From assembly GCA_013239625.1 (NCBI GenBank), contig MU053994.1, positions 3,949,434 through 4,013,433 of the forward strand: 64,000 nucleotides of DNA, in the 5' to 3' direction. Source of the stretch: Lama guanicoe (lineage: Eukaryota). Under the pieces are notes generated by a model. That model was not told where the DNA came from. It saw nothing but the letters and a program-made list of their open reading frames with translations, and did no database searches. Below, in pieces: positions 1-11,940 of this stretch (position 1 is its first letter; each line of letters starts with the position of its first letter). Both the position numbers and the translations under genes were made by a program.

Positions 1-254
1 TATGTCTTGGCCAGTGTATTTTTGGTATAGACTCCTAGAGATGACATTGCTACATCAATTACTGCATATTGAATTTTTCTCTACCATCAGAAGAGTCTAG
101 TACTTTGATAATGTATTTTGCCTTTATCTTAACTTTCATTCTGTTTCATGGAGAATGATGCCAATTGCTAACTTGCTGCTTTGCTTGTCACCAGCTTGCC
201 TTTTGCACCCTGTGACTTTCTTGCACTAGGATAGATGACTAGCTTCAAAATCTT

Positions 255-1209
255 TTTTTTAATTGAAATATAGTCAGTTTACAGTGTGTCCATTTCTGAT
301 GTACAGCATAATGGTTCAGTCATAACTACACATACATATATTCATTTTCATATTCTTTTTCATTATAGGTTACTACAAGACACTGAATATAGTTCCCTGT
401 GCTGGACAGTAGAAACTTGTTGTTTATCTATTTTATATGTAGTAGTTAGTATCTGCAAATATGGACTCCCAATTTATTCCTTCCCACCCGCTTTCCACCC
501 TGGTAACCATAAAATTGTCTGAGTCTGTTTCTGTTTTGTAAACAAGTTCATTTGTCTCTTTTTTTAAAATTCCACATATAAGTGATATCACATGGCTTTT
601 TTCTTTCTCTTTCTGGCTTACTTCACTTAGAATGATGATCTCCAGGCCTATCCATGTTGCTTCAAATGGCATTAGTTTATTCTTTTTTATGGCTGAGTGG
701 TATTCCATTGAATAAATATACCACAGCAGCTTTATCCAGTCATTTGTCAATGGACATTTAGGTTGCTTCTGTGTCTTGGCTATTGTAAATAGTGCTGCTA
801 TGAACACTGGGGTGTATGTATCTTTTTCAATTAGAGTTCCCTCCAGATACTGCCCAGGAGTGGGATTGCTGGATCATAGGATAAGTCTATTTTTAGTTTT
901 TTGAGGAATCTTCATGCTATTTTCCCTAATGGCTGCACCAAACTACATTCCCACCAACAGCGTAGGAGGGTTCCCCTTTCTCCACAGCCTCTCCAGCATT
1001 TATCTTTTGTGGACTTTTTAATGATGGCCATTCTGACTGGTGTGAAGTGATACCTCATTGTAGTTTTGATTTGCATTTCTCTGATGGTTAGCGATATTGA
1101 GCATTTTTTCATGTGCCTGTTGGCCATTTGTATGTTTTCATTGCAGAATTACTTGTTTAGGTCCTCTGCCCATTTTTGGATTGGGTTGTTTGGTTTTTTT
1201 TCTTATTTA
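255..1209 (-). mobile_element. 5'-truncated LINE-1 (ORF2 C-terminus + 3' UTR + A-tail), relatively young
   Basis: Minus-strand ORFs 433-807 and 912-1127 translate as the L1 ORF2 C-terminus ([32 protein letters not shown]). T-run at left. Perfect 15-bp TSD TAGCTTCAAAATCTT at 240-254 and 1210-1224. Confidence 0.97.
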
Positions 1210-1526
1210 TAGCTTCAAAATCTTGAGGTCTTTTTTCCTCATTGTTACTGGGTTCTGAAGACTGTACACAGCCAGAATGCTGATTCACTTATAATGCAGT
1301 TTTTTGCCATTGTTAAATTCCACATGTTATCCATTTGGTTATAAATTTCCTAAACACTTTATGCCTATAAATTGGTGTTTGTATTTCAAAATCCAAAAAC
1401 AGCAGCCCCGTGGGACCCCTATCCATCACCACACTCACTCCAGTGTTATCACAATTAAGTTAATTGCTCCCAGGAAATTTGCAAGAACCACAGTTATTCT
1501 GCCTCACATTTCCTGATTGAAATTGA

Positions 1527-1541
1527 ATGACTCAGCAAATT
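1527..1541 (+). promoter_or_regulatory. Candidate NRF2/NF-E2:small-MAF (ARE/CsMBE) site
   Basis: ATGACTCAGCAAATT matches RTGACTCAGCA plus the AT-rich MAF flank, in apparently non-repeat DNA. Motif match only. Confidence 0.35.
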
Positions 1542-2139
1542 AAGGAAGAAAAGAAGGTGCTCTTACTATATAGGTTAGGAATTAGGTGTATTATTGATAG
1601 CAAAACACGTTCAAGCCTAAAACAGAGGCTAGGAGAACCTGACATGTAAGAAAATAAGAATATAAGAAGAAAAACAACAACTATTAAAGTATTCAAAGCA
1701 AAAAGGAACAACTTATTAATGGATAAGTGACAGTCTGAGCATTCAAAAATACCAATATGCATATTAAAAATCTCAATGCTAATTTATCTAAGCTATACCT
1801 ATACTTTTCCTGAGACTGAACTAGACTGGGCCAATTCACGGTAAATGGGCTAAATAGGCAACCAGACAGGCAAAGGGACCTTGGCATGAGCCAATAGTGG
1901 CTCTCTCCACCCACTGATGCAAAGCATTTGTAGTGATTCCTTCCAACGAAATGCTGGTGACTTGGTCATATGGGTGAGAAATACTCTGTTGAACATTGAT
2001 TTCAGCCAGAAAATAGTATGTTCTTTCCTTTCTATTCTCATACTCAGAAGTCACAAGGAAATGTTGGTTCGAAACTGAAGATGTTCCATTAACTATTTGC
2101 AAACTAAATAGGCCTTTGAGGTCAGAGAGACCAGTTTAT

Positions 2140-2790
2140 CCTCAGCCTCTTAGCAGCTGTGTGACTTTGTGCATGATGTAAGCATCCTGAACTCCATTTC
2201 CTCTTTACTGAAGTGGAGATAATGATACGCCTTTGTGGTGTAAGGCCTCAAATTAAGGCTCAGTATTATGTGCTACCTTGACATCTGATAAAATTGTGAG
2301 GACTTTGACCTAACCACAAATTCCCTCCCTACTCTGTTCTGGTTTATAAGGCCCCTAGGCAAACGACCCTTCTTACCAAAGGGACCAAGCACAGTTCCTG
2401 CCTATCCCTAACTAGTGGGTTTCAGTCCTCTTGCAGCCCATGGAATTATACACACAAGCCAGTCACATTCTCCCGTGGGAACTAGGGACCATCCCACCCT
2501 CTTGATATCATACAGCTTGCCTCCTATAGCACGTAATGGTTCACTCTGTTCTCACGTGCAACCCCCATGTGACTCTGCATAGGGTGTCCTCTTCCTCTGG
2601 GCTGTGAATATATATGACTAGCAAACTGCTGTCAGTCTTGTCTGTCCAGTATTTGGTGCCATGTGCTCAGCCATCCCATTACTCTAGGGTGGGAATCTCT
2701 CCTTGACTAATGGGATAAATAGGAGGCTATTAAGACACCATCTCATAGGGTTATTGGAGAAATAAGTGGAATTAAGTGAAATACCTGAGG
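2140..2790 (+). mobile_element. MIR fragment split by the solo LTR below
   Basis: MIR core (ctgtgtgactttg..ccatttcctc..gataatgata) stops at ~2233 and resumes (ctcatagggttattggag) at ~2738. Confidence 0.65.
2234..2737 (+). mobile_element. Old ERV solo LTR (ERVL-like, family not resolved)
   Basis: ~500-bp TG...CA block (tgtggtgtaaggcctc...taagaca) interrupting a MIR. Confidence 0.7.
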
Positions 2791-2984
2791 AAAAGATCTG
2801 CATTAGTTCTTAGGGTATGTTGAAGTACTAAAGAGGAGAGAAAGAAGGGTTTCCTCCGTCAAGGCATTCAAAGCTTAGTGGAAGAGAGATATCACATAGC
2901 ACTGTAATCCTTGATTTACTTTGGAAGTGAATGTGTAGAGGTAAACCCAGGGTTTTCTGTGAGCAAAAGGAAGGTGTACAGCTT

Positions 2985-3122
2985 AGTTACCTGTATCACT
3001 TCATCTGTAAAATGCAGGTAATAATATCCACCTCATAAGGCTGTTTTGAGAATTTAAATAAATAATGCATAAATCCCTTATTCCAGTCCCTGGTGTACAG
3101 TAATGGCTTAATAAATAGTAGA
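2985..3122 (+). mobile_element. MIR 3' fragment
   Basis: tcatctgtaaaatg..ataatatccacctcataaggctgttttgagaatttaaat..cctggtgtacagtaa. Confidence 0.85.
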
Positions 3123-4044
3123 CTGAGTTGAATTTCAAGGACCAATAAGCATTCCTAGGTGAAAAAAGTATTTTACAAATGGAAAAGCTCCCAATTGTTT
3201 CCAGAGATTGCCATTTTTTTTTCAAGAATATCTTTTCTAGGAGAGAACAGTCAATTAAGATGAACACAATAATGCTGCTTCTTATACCAGGTGGTGTCAT
3301 AGTATAAGTGCTAATACAACTCACATGGAAGTCCCCAAAGACTCCTACAAAAAACACATGGGCGTCAACCAGTTTGCCAGCCCTGACATGTTTCTTAGGC
3401 AACTAGAACTGGTTTATTCCATGACTTCTGTTTTTCTTATTTTTTTCTTTGCCTTTTTTTGTTGTTTTGTTTTTTTAAGGACTTCTAGTAGACATTGCGT
3501 CATTCTGTTAATAATGAAAAATACAGGCAGTGTTCAGTGTGATTAATATCACCCGTCTTATAATGCCTTCAAAGGTGACCCCTAAGCAGTAGATTTTGTT
3601 ATAGAGCTCTTTTATTGCGAACATAGGCTTAATTGACAATTACCTGCAACCTTTGGCTGTTTATTCCCACTTACCAGATGAAAGGGCAATATGGCCAAGT
3701 AGAAAGTGACCCATTCAGGTGTCACCAGGCAGGGGCTTTTTTCTCAGTTCTGCCCTTAGCTAATGGTAGAAACTTGAGAGTGTTTTTTAACGTATTCAGT
3801 TTTTTTCTTCTGTGAAATCATGTGTTGGGCTAACTCAAAGATCCCTTGTAACTCTTAACAGTATATAAATAGGAGGGTCAGAGTTAGGGGGTTGGAGCCT
3901 GACAGATTTGGCTTTGAATTTTGATTTGTCACTCACCAGCTCAGGGAGCTAGGGAAGATCTCCTTAAGGGTCAGTTTCTTCATCTTTCCTAAATGTTACT
4001 ACCCTTACTCTACTAAAGGTTGTTATGAAGTTTAGGTTATATAA

Positions 4045-4846
4045 CCAACCCATCAGTAATTCTGTTGGCTCTACCTTCAGAATAATTCCAGAATCTGATG
4101 GCATCGTATTACCTCAAAGCCACCCACATCTCTTGCTGGATTATTCTAGTAGCATCCTAAAGGGTCTCTGTAGCTCCTTCCATCTTGTCTCCCTGCCCCC
4201 AATAGCCTGCTTTCAATGCAGCAGCCAGATCAATCTTTTAAAAATATGCCAACTTACGCCTTTCTTCTGTTTGAAAATCCTCCAGTGGTTTCCCATCTTT
4301 CTTTGAGTGAAAGCTCAGATCCCTGCCATGGCTAATGAGGCTGCATGTGATGAGGCTTCCCACTTTCTCCTGTGCTGGGACTCTGGAAAAATCCACACCA
4401 GGCTTCTTCATGTTCCCTAAGTACTACTTCTCCTTGGGATATCCTGTGGGGGCACACCTTCACTTCCTTTGAGTATCTTCAAATTGTATCTTCTCAGAGG
4501 GGCTTTTCTGTTCTCCTCCTCCTCTTCCTCCCTCCCTCCTCCTCCTCCTTTTTTTCATTGTGTTTATAAAGGTGTAGTGGAGATGCTGGGCCCTGGGGCC
4601 TCATACATGCAACTCTGTCTATCTTCTTTAAAATAGCATCTCCCTGCCTCCATCCCATCACTGTCTCTCATCCTTACTCATTTTTGTTTTACTTTATAGC
4701 ATTTACTATCATTTTCTGTCTCCCACTGACTGGAATGTAAGTTTCATGAAGGCAGGGACTTTGTTTCCTTCACTGAGGTGGCCTCATCCCCTAGAACAGT
4801 GCTTGGCACATAGTAGGCACTCAATAATTATTTGTTGATTAAATTA
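4045..4846 (+). mobile_element. L2 (L2a-like) 3' region with an internal (CCT)n tract
   Basis: Typical L2 3' end: aatgtaagtttcatgaaggcagggac..cagtgcttggcacatagtaggcactcaataattatttgttga. A MIR fragment lies just upstream (~3880-4040). Confidence 0.88.
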
Positions 4847-5735
4847 ATACTCATGCTAAATTTTTGGGCACTAGATAATTGTCACTTCCCAAGGCCCCTC
4901 AACTGAGTTCCTGGGGCAAATCACTCTTAAATCTGTACAGAAGGGTGCATCCAGATAGTCACAGGTGAGATCTGCCAACCTGGAGTAGAAGCCTCTGGAG
5001 ACAGAAACTGATAGGAATACTTAAATGGTAATTTCGATGAATTGCTGGAGGCTGAATGTGGTCCTGCAAGAGAGTAAAAAGCCCTTCTCTAGCCCTCCTA
5101 TCTCACCTAGAGGGGAAAACCTAGTCAACAAGGGTCAGGGCTTCACCTGGGAAATAGACTGTGACCACTGCAGCCAGGAAGAGGGGAGGGGGCAGGGACA
5201 AAATCTATATCACTGGAGAAATACTTGTGAAGGTTAGAGCTCCAAGACACAGGACCACGAAAACACTGAGATTTAAGCAGAACATGATAGAATGTTCACC
5301 TCCCACATACTTCCCATCACACCAACAGGGCTCCAGTATAGTCATGGTGAATTATAGCCAGAGGAGCAGCAAGACAGACTTTCTCCGAGGAGTACTTTAG
5401 GAAGTGTCCTTGTTTTTGTTTTGGGAAGGACGCTAGCAGATTTTGAAGTCTTTGGCACTTATAGCTACAGAAGTTAAACAGAGCCCAACCTCTAACCAGA
5501 TTAACATTAACAACCTCTAACCATAATACTCACACTAAAGGCCTCTTTATCTCAGTACTTATTACCCTGTATAGTATGTCTGGTTTTCAGCAACAAATTA
5601 CAAGGCATGCCTAGAGGCCAGATAAACCACAGTCTGTAGAGATAAAGCAATCACAAGAACCAGACTCAGATGTGACACAGATGTTGAAATTATTAGGCAG
5701 AGAATTTAAAATAGCAAAGAGTAATATCTAAGGGC

Positions 5736-6178
5736 TGTCAGCTGAATAAATGCATAACCCAAAAGTTGTGAGTTAGGTTTTATTCAGGATCTTACTGAGG
5801 ATTATAGCCGGGGAGACAGCCTCTCAGATAGGTCTGAGAGACTGTTCCTCAGAGGTAAATGAGGAGCTGGATATTTAAGACTTTTTGCTGAAAAACAAAA
5901 CAAAACATGTAATTGAACATCAAAAGATTATTAGCAGTTAATAATTTTAGTGCTTTTCTATGTATGGGAAGATGCAAGAGTCTGGGCTCATTGAAATTAT
6001 TCCTTTGATATGCATCTTAACTATCCAGGGCCAGTATCCTGTTTTTCTCCATCCTGAATTCCCCTCAGGGCACACCTTGGGGGTGGCTACAGTGACTGAG
6101 GGCTTGATGGCAGGCAACAGTCATTGTTTACTGAAATAGCAGGCATTTGGGGGGGCAGTATTTTTTTTATTAGCTATA
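5736..6178 (-). mobile_element. ERV1-type solo LTR inserted in the old L1
   Basis: Imperfect inverted termini TGTCAGCTGAATAAA...TTTATTAGCTATA. 4-bp TSD GGGC at 5732-5735 and 6179-6182. Removing it restores the L1 sequence ctaagggctctaatggaaaaagtagac. Confidence 0.85.
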
Positions 6179-7534
6179 GGGCTCTAATGGAAAAAGTAGA
6201 CAACATGCAAGAGCAGATGGGTAATGTTAAGTACAGAGATGAAAACCCCAGAAAGAGCCAAAAGAAAATGCTACTGATGGACTCATCAGTAATTTGACTT
6301 GGAAGAGAAAAGGTTCAATGAGCTTGAAGATAGGTTAATAGACTTCCTCAAACTGAAGTGCAAAGGGAATAAACAATGAAAAAAAACCCAGAAAAGAACA
6401 TGCAAGAACTGTGGGACAATTTCAAAAAGTGTAACATACAGGTAAAGGGAATACTAGAAGAGAGAGAATGGACCGGAACAATTTGAAGCAAAAATGGCTG
6501 GCCAAAACTAATGATAGACACAAACCACCAATCAAGGAAGCTCAGAAAACACCAACAAGAAAAATAGCTCCCCCTCCAAAAAAATATACCAAGACATATC
6601 ATATTTAAATGGCAGAAAGCCCAAGACAAAGAGAGAATCTTCAAAGATCCAGAAATTTGGAGGGGAGTGGACAAGAGGGGCAGAAACACTTTACCTGTAC
6701 AGAATTGAAGAAATTGTAGGGGTCTTTGAATCAGAAACCATACAAGCAAGAAAAGGGTGGCATGAAATATTTTAGAGTATTGAAAATAAAAAATCATCAA
6801 CCTAGATTTCTATATTCAAAGAAATTATCTTTCAAATGTGAAGGAGAAATAAAAACTTTTCTCAGACAAACAAAAACTAAGAGAATTCATTGCCAGCAGA
6901 TTTGCCCTGCAAGAAATGTTCAAAGAGGTTCTTCAGGCAGAAGGAAAATGATATAGGTCAGAAACTTGGATCTGCATAAGGAAAAGAGCATTAGGGAATA
7001 AAGCATTGAAAATACAATAAACTCTTTAAAAGAACTCTTTAATTCTTTATTCTTGGTTGACTTAAAAGGTAACTGCTTAAAGTAATAATAGTAACACTAT
7101 ATTAAGTGATTAAAACATATGGATAAATAAATGAAATTTGAAATGAAATGAATGAATGAATGACAGAAATGTTACAAAAATGGGAGGGAAGAATTGGGAA
7201 TATTCTATTTTAAGGTATTCATACTACACTTAAAGCAATATAGTGTTATTTAGAGATGAAATTAGATTAGCTAAAAGTATATATTGAAAACTCTAGGACA
7301 ATCACTAAAATAACTTTTAAATTGACTATAATTTATACTCTAGGAGGAAAGCTAAAATGGAATCATATAAAATACTCAGCGTCAAGGCATAAAAAAAGGA
7401 GAGTAAGAAACAAAGAAAAATACTATGAATAGAAAACAATTACATAGTAGGTATTAACCCTACTATATCAATAGTCACCTTAGAGGCAAATGGTCAAAAA
7501 TACACCAATTAAAAGACTCAAAAAAGCAGAAAAA

Positions 7535-7927
7535 TTCCCTTGCTGAGCAGATTTTTAGTTTGATGTAATCCCATTTGTTTATTTTTGCTTTTGTTTCCTT
7601 TGCCTGAAGAGACATTTCTAGAAAGATATTGCTAAGATCAGTGTCAAAGAGCATACTGTCTATGTTTTCTTCTAGAAGTTTTATGGTTTCAAGTCTTGTA
7701 TTCAAGTCTCTAATCCATTTTGAGTTGACTTTTGTGTATGGTGTGAGATAGTGGTCTAGTTTAAATTTTTGCATGTGGCCGCCAGTTTTATCAACAGTCT
7801 TTATTGAAAAGATTATCCTTTCTCCATTGTATGTTCTTTGCTCCTTTGTCATAAATTATTAATGGATAAAGATGTGATACACACACACAATGAAATACTA
7901 CTCAGCCATATAAAAAATGAAATCTTG
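7535..7927. mobile_element. Younger L1 insert with internal inversion (minus 7535-7860, plus 7861-7927), no A-tail
   Basis: Minus ORF 7475-7852 is L1 ORF2 (LDHYLTPYTKVNSKWIRDLN..INKWDYIKLK). The adjacent aatggataaag..tactactcagccat is plus-strand L1 ORF2 end. Confidence 0.85.
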
Positions 7928-9159
7928 AGGCAGAGAGGGGAGGAAGTAAGCATAGTGGGGAAACCCTGTATGTTTCCTGGATATGATGTGATGAGTTTGG
8001 TACTTATCTCTGTGGTCTTCTTTCTCAAAACCCATAATCCCTGTCTAACCAAGAGACAAACATCAGAGACATTCCAGTTGAGGGACATTCTCCAAATTAC
8101 CTGACCAGTGCTCCTCAAAACTGTCAAGGTCCACACAAGTAAAGTCTGAGAAATTGTCACAGCCCAGAGGGGCCTAAGGAGACATTGATGACTAAATGGA
8201 GTGTGGTGTTCAGGATGGGATCCTGGAACAAAAAAGGAACATTAGGTAAAAACTAAGGAAATCTGCAAAAAGGATGAACTTTAATAAATAATAAAGGATC
8301 AATATTGGTTCATTAAGTGTGAGAAATGTATCTTACTATTATTATAGCATGTTAATAATAGGGAAAACTGGGTGTGGGGAATATGGGGATTCTGTATGAT
8401 TTTTGCAGCTTTTCTTTTAATACTATTCTAAAATTTAAAAGTTTATTTAAAATTGCAGTGCTGAATATAATTTTTGAATATAAGACTTTTTTATTTTTGA
8501 GCACAAAGGAGTGTGTTCAGGAATCTATTGTTAGGGTAGAGAATTGGGAATTCAATGCACTGGTATTATTCACTAAAGCCCAGATTTTATCAGCAAAGTC
8601 TTCTCATTTTGTTCCTCTGCCTTTATTAGCATTTGCAACACTCTCAATTTAGCATCGTTTGCAATGTCATTACCATGCTGGTTATTTCCTCTTCCAGATC
8701 ATTAAGTTAAAATAGACCAACTCCAACACCACACCCTGTGGCAGTTTTGAGACCTTGTCCTCAAATGGCTGCAGAGCTATGAAGTTAGAAACCAGCTAAA
8801 TAATTATCTGCAAATGGCAATTTCCTAACTTAATTGGTTGAGTTTCATTCTGCAGGTGGTGATATTAAAGCAAACACTTTCCTGCTGTCCAAACAGATAC
8901 TCTGTGGTTCTGAATTCTGATGGAAAAGTAACCAAGTGAATTTGTTGTGGCATATTATTTGTCATTCCTGAGGACTAATTGTTTACATCTTAGAAAGTTG
9001 ATCATTATCAGATCAGTATTTCCTTGATCCACCTTTATCACTTTGTACTACTTTTGTGGATGTGGAATGTGTTTGTTTTAGGTTTCCCCATAGTAGAAAC
9101 CAAACTAGATCTCTGTCATCAACTACTTTTTTCCTCTGGAGTCACTGGCCATAGAGAAA

Positions 9160-9670
9160 GCTACACATATGGCAGGTGGAGAGCTCAATTCATTTTCACA
9201 AGGTAAGCACATCGTTGTAACCAGGACCTAGATCAAGGAACAGAACATCACTAGCATCCCAGAAACCCCTTGTATGCCGTTATCCAGGCTCCACCTGCCA
9301 CCACCTTCCAACCTCAAAGAATAATCGCTATCCTGATTTTGAAACCATAGATTGACTTTGATTGTGTTTTGCATGTTTTAAATAAGTTCTTTGAATCATA
9401 TACACTGTGTGCTTTTTGAAGCCTGAATTCTTTTGCTCAGTATTATGTTTGTGATATTTATCTATTCATTGCAAGTAGTTGTAGATAATTCATTCTCATT
9501 GCTGTATAGCATTCCACTGTGTAAAAATACTACAATTTATCTGTTCAACTGCTGATGGACAATTGGGTAGTTTCTAGTTTCTGACTTCTGAGAACAGTAC
9601 TACTATTTAACTTTCTAGTTAGTATGTGTCTTTTGATGATCATGTGAATGCATTTTTGTTGGATGTTTTT
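9160..9670 (-). mobile_element. Old L1 (L1ME-like) 3' fragment
   Basis: Antisense L1 3' motifs (cagaacatcactagcatcccagaaaccccc; cattctcattgctgtatagcattccactgtg). Confidence 0.75.
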
Positions 9671-9699
9671 TAGCTTTATTGGATACATTAGGCAATGTA

Positions 9700-9945
9700 T
9701 TATAAAGTATTTGGAGCTTAAATGCAGATAAACCTGGTTTTAAAATTCAGATTTACTGCTTACTAGGAAGGAGGACGAGTTACTTAATCTCTCTGAGAGT
9801 CCTTTTCTAAAATCTTTCAAATGGAAATTCAAGTAGTTCCTGTGTCATAGGGTTGCTGTTCAGATGAAAAGAAAAACTATATGGCCAAAATTCAATACAG
9901 TGCTTGGCATAGAGCAAGTGCTCAGTATGTCAGTCATTGTTACCT
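9700..9945 (+). mobile_element. MIR
   Basis: gagttacttaatctctctgag..tcatagggttgctg..cagtgcttggcatagagcaagtgctcag. Confidence 0.8.
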
Positions 9946-11940
9946 TTTGATATTATTTATTGAAAAGTTGCTCAACATTATTAAAGCTCGACTGGAGGTG
10001 AAATAAACAAATTATTTACAGCACCCTTTTTAAAAATTGCAAGATCCTGAAAAAAATGTGTACAGACCCTATAAATACCAGTCTTAAGACCTCTCCATTC
10101 AGCCACGCCCCAACTATTGTTCCTTACTCCCTCAAATTCCGAGCACACAGCAACAAGCCTGCAGCTAAGCCTTCTCCATCCCACAGGCTGCCATCAAAGC
10201 TGAACAGAAAATGAGGGGAATAAGTCTTCATCTCTGTCACAGCTTCCTTGTGGAAAGAATTGAAAGGATATTTGATACCTGGGACTCACTGCCAAATTTG
10301 TATCCATTTTGAACTCTTCATCTATTCTAGCTTATTCAGACCTAATCTTTATTATTAAAAATATATTTCATAGTATTGTACAAATACTATGTTGAAATAA
10401 AATATCACACACAAGAGATACCCATATCTTTTTTGTGTAAAAAAAGAATACTTTTTCCCCTTCAATAAAAATAAGTCATGTTCTTTATAAAAAAAAAACT
10501 GAAAAAATACAGAGAAGTATCAGGAAGAAAATGAAGAATATTTGTAATCCTATTGCCCAGAGATTTCTGGCTGGGTATTCTTTGAAGTCTTAAATAAATA
10601 CTTTTTTCAATTACAAAAAATGAAAATAATTTTAAAACGAAAAAAGCAAACACAAAACAACAAATAAGAGATCTATTGTGATGTCATCATTCTGAGATAT
10701 ACAATAAAATATCAACAGAGTCTACTCTTCCGTTTTTTTTCTTTTTTCCCTTCTTTTTTCCTCCCTTCTTTTCTTCCGTCTTTCTCCCTCAAAGTAATAG
10801 TATCATATTATAATACTCTTCTCTAGTCTTTTTTTGCACATATCAAATATTTTGTATTTCAATAAATAATCATCTAAAACCTGATTTTTAATGACTGCAT
10901 AGCATTCTATATTATGAATCACTTGCCTAGCAGTTCCCTAGTGTTGAGTATTCGGTTTACATTTTCTTCACTATTATCAAGAAGCCTATGAAGAAAATCA
11001 TTGTATATTCATCTTTTTGCATCTCGGATTATTCCCTTAGGATGATTTTATAGAAGCAAAATTACAGGCGTATCTCATTTTATTGTGCTTCACTTTATCG
11101 TGCTCTGCAGATATTCTGCCTTTTTACAAAGAGATTTGTGGCAACCCTGTGTTGAGCAAGTCTATTGGTGCCATTTTTCCAACAGCATTTGCTCACATTG
11201 TGTCTCTGTGTCACTTTTTAGTCATTCTCACAGTATTTCTAACTTCTTCATTATTATTATATTTGTTATAGTGATCTGTGATCAGTGATCTTTGCTGTTA
11301 CTATTGTAAAATTTTGGGGCACCACAAACCACGCCCATATGAAATGGCAAACTTAATCAATAAATGTGTATTATGACTGCTCCACCAACCAGCCATTCTC
11401 CCAATCTCTCTCCCTATCCTCAGGCCTCTCTATTCCCTGAGATATAACAATGTTGAAATTAGGCCAATTAATAATAACCCTACAGCAGCCTCTAAGTGTT
11501 CAAGAGAAAGGAAGAGTTGCATGTCTTTCACTTTGAATCAAAAGCTAGAAATGGTGAAGATTAGTAAGGAAGGCATGTTGAAAGTGGAGACAGGCTGAAA
11601 GCTAGACCTCTTGCATCAGTTAGCCAAGTTGTGACTGCAAAGGTAAAGTTATTGAAGAAAATTAAAAGTGCTACTCCTGTGAACACACGAATGATAAGAA
11701 AGCGAAAGAAGCCTTATTGCTGACATAGGGAAAGCTTGAGTGGTCTGGATAGAAGACCAAACCACAACATTCTCTTAAGATAAAGCCTAATCCAGAGCAA
11801 GGTCCTAACTCTAACTCTTTTCAATTCTGTGAAAGCTGAACAAGGTGAGGAAGCTGCAGAAGAAAAGTTTGAAGCTAACAGAGGTTGGTTCATGAGGTTT
11901 AAGGAAAGAAGCTGTCTCCAGAACATGAAAGTGCAAGGTG

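Larger units (their letters stand above)
5020..8450 (+). mobile_element. Old L1 (L1MC/L1MD-like): 5' region, decayed ORF1, inter-ORF, ORF2 start, then 3' UTR; most of ORF2 missing
   Basis: ORF 6726-6956 resembles the ORF1 C-terminus (HQPRFLYSKKLSFKCEGEIKTF). ORF2 start-like sequence at ~7470-7520. L1MC-type 3' UTR at ~7930-8450. Confidence 0.85.
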
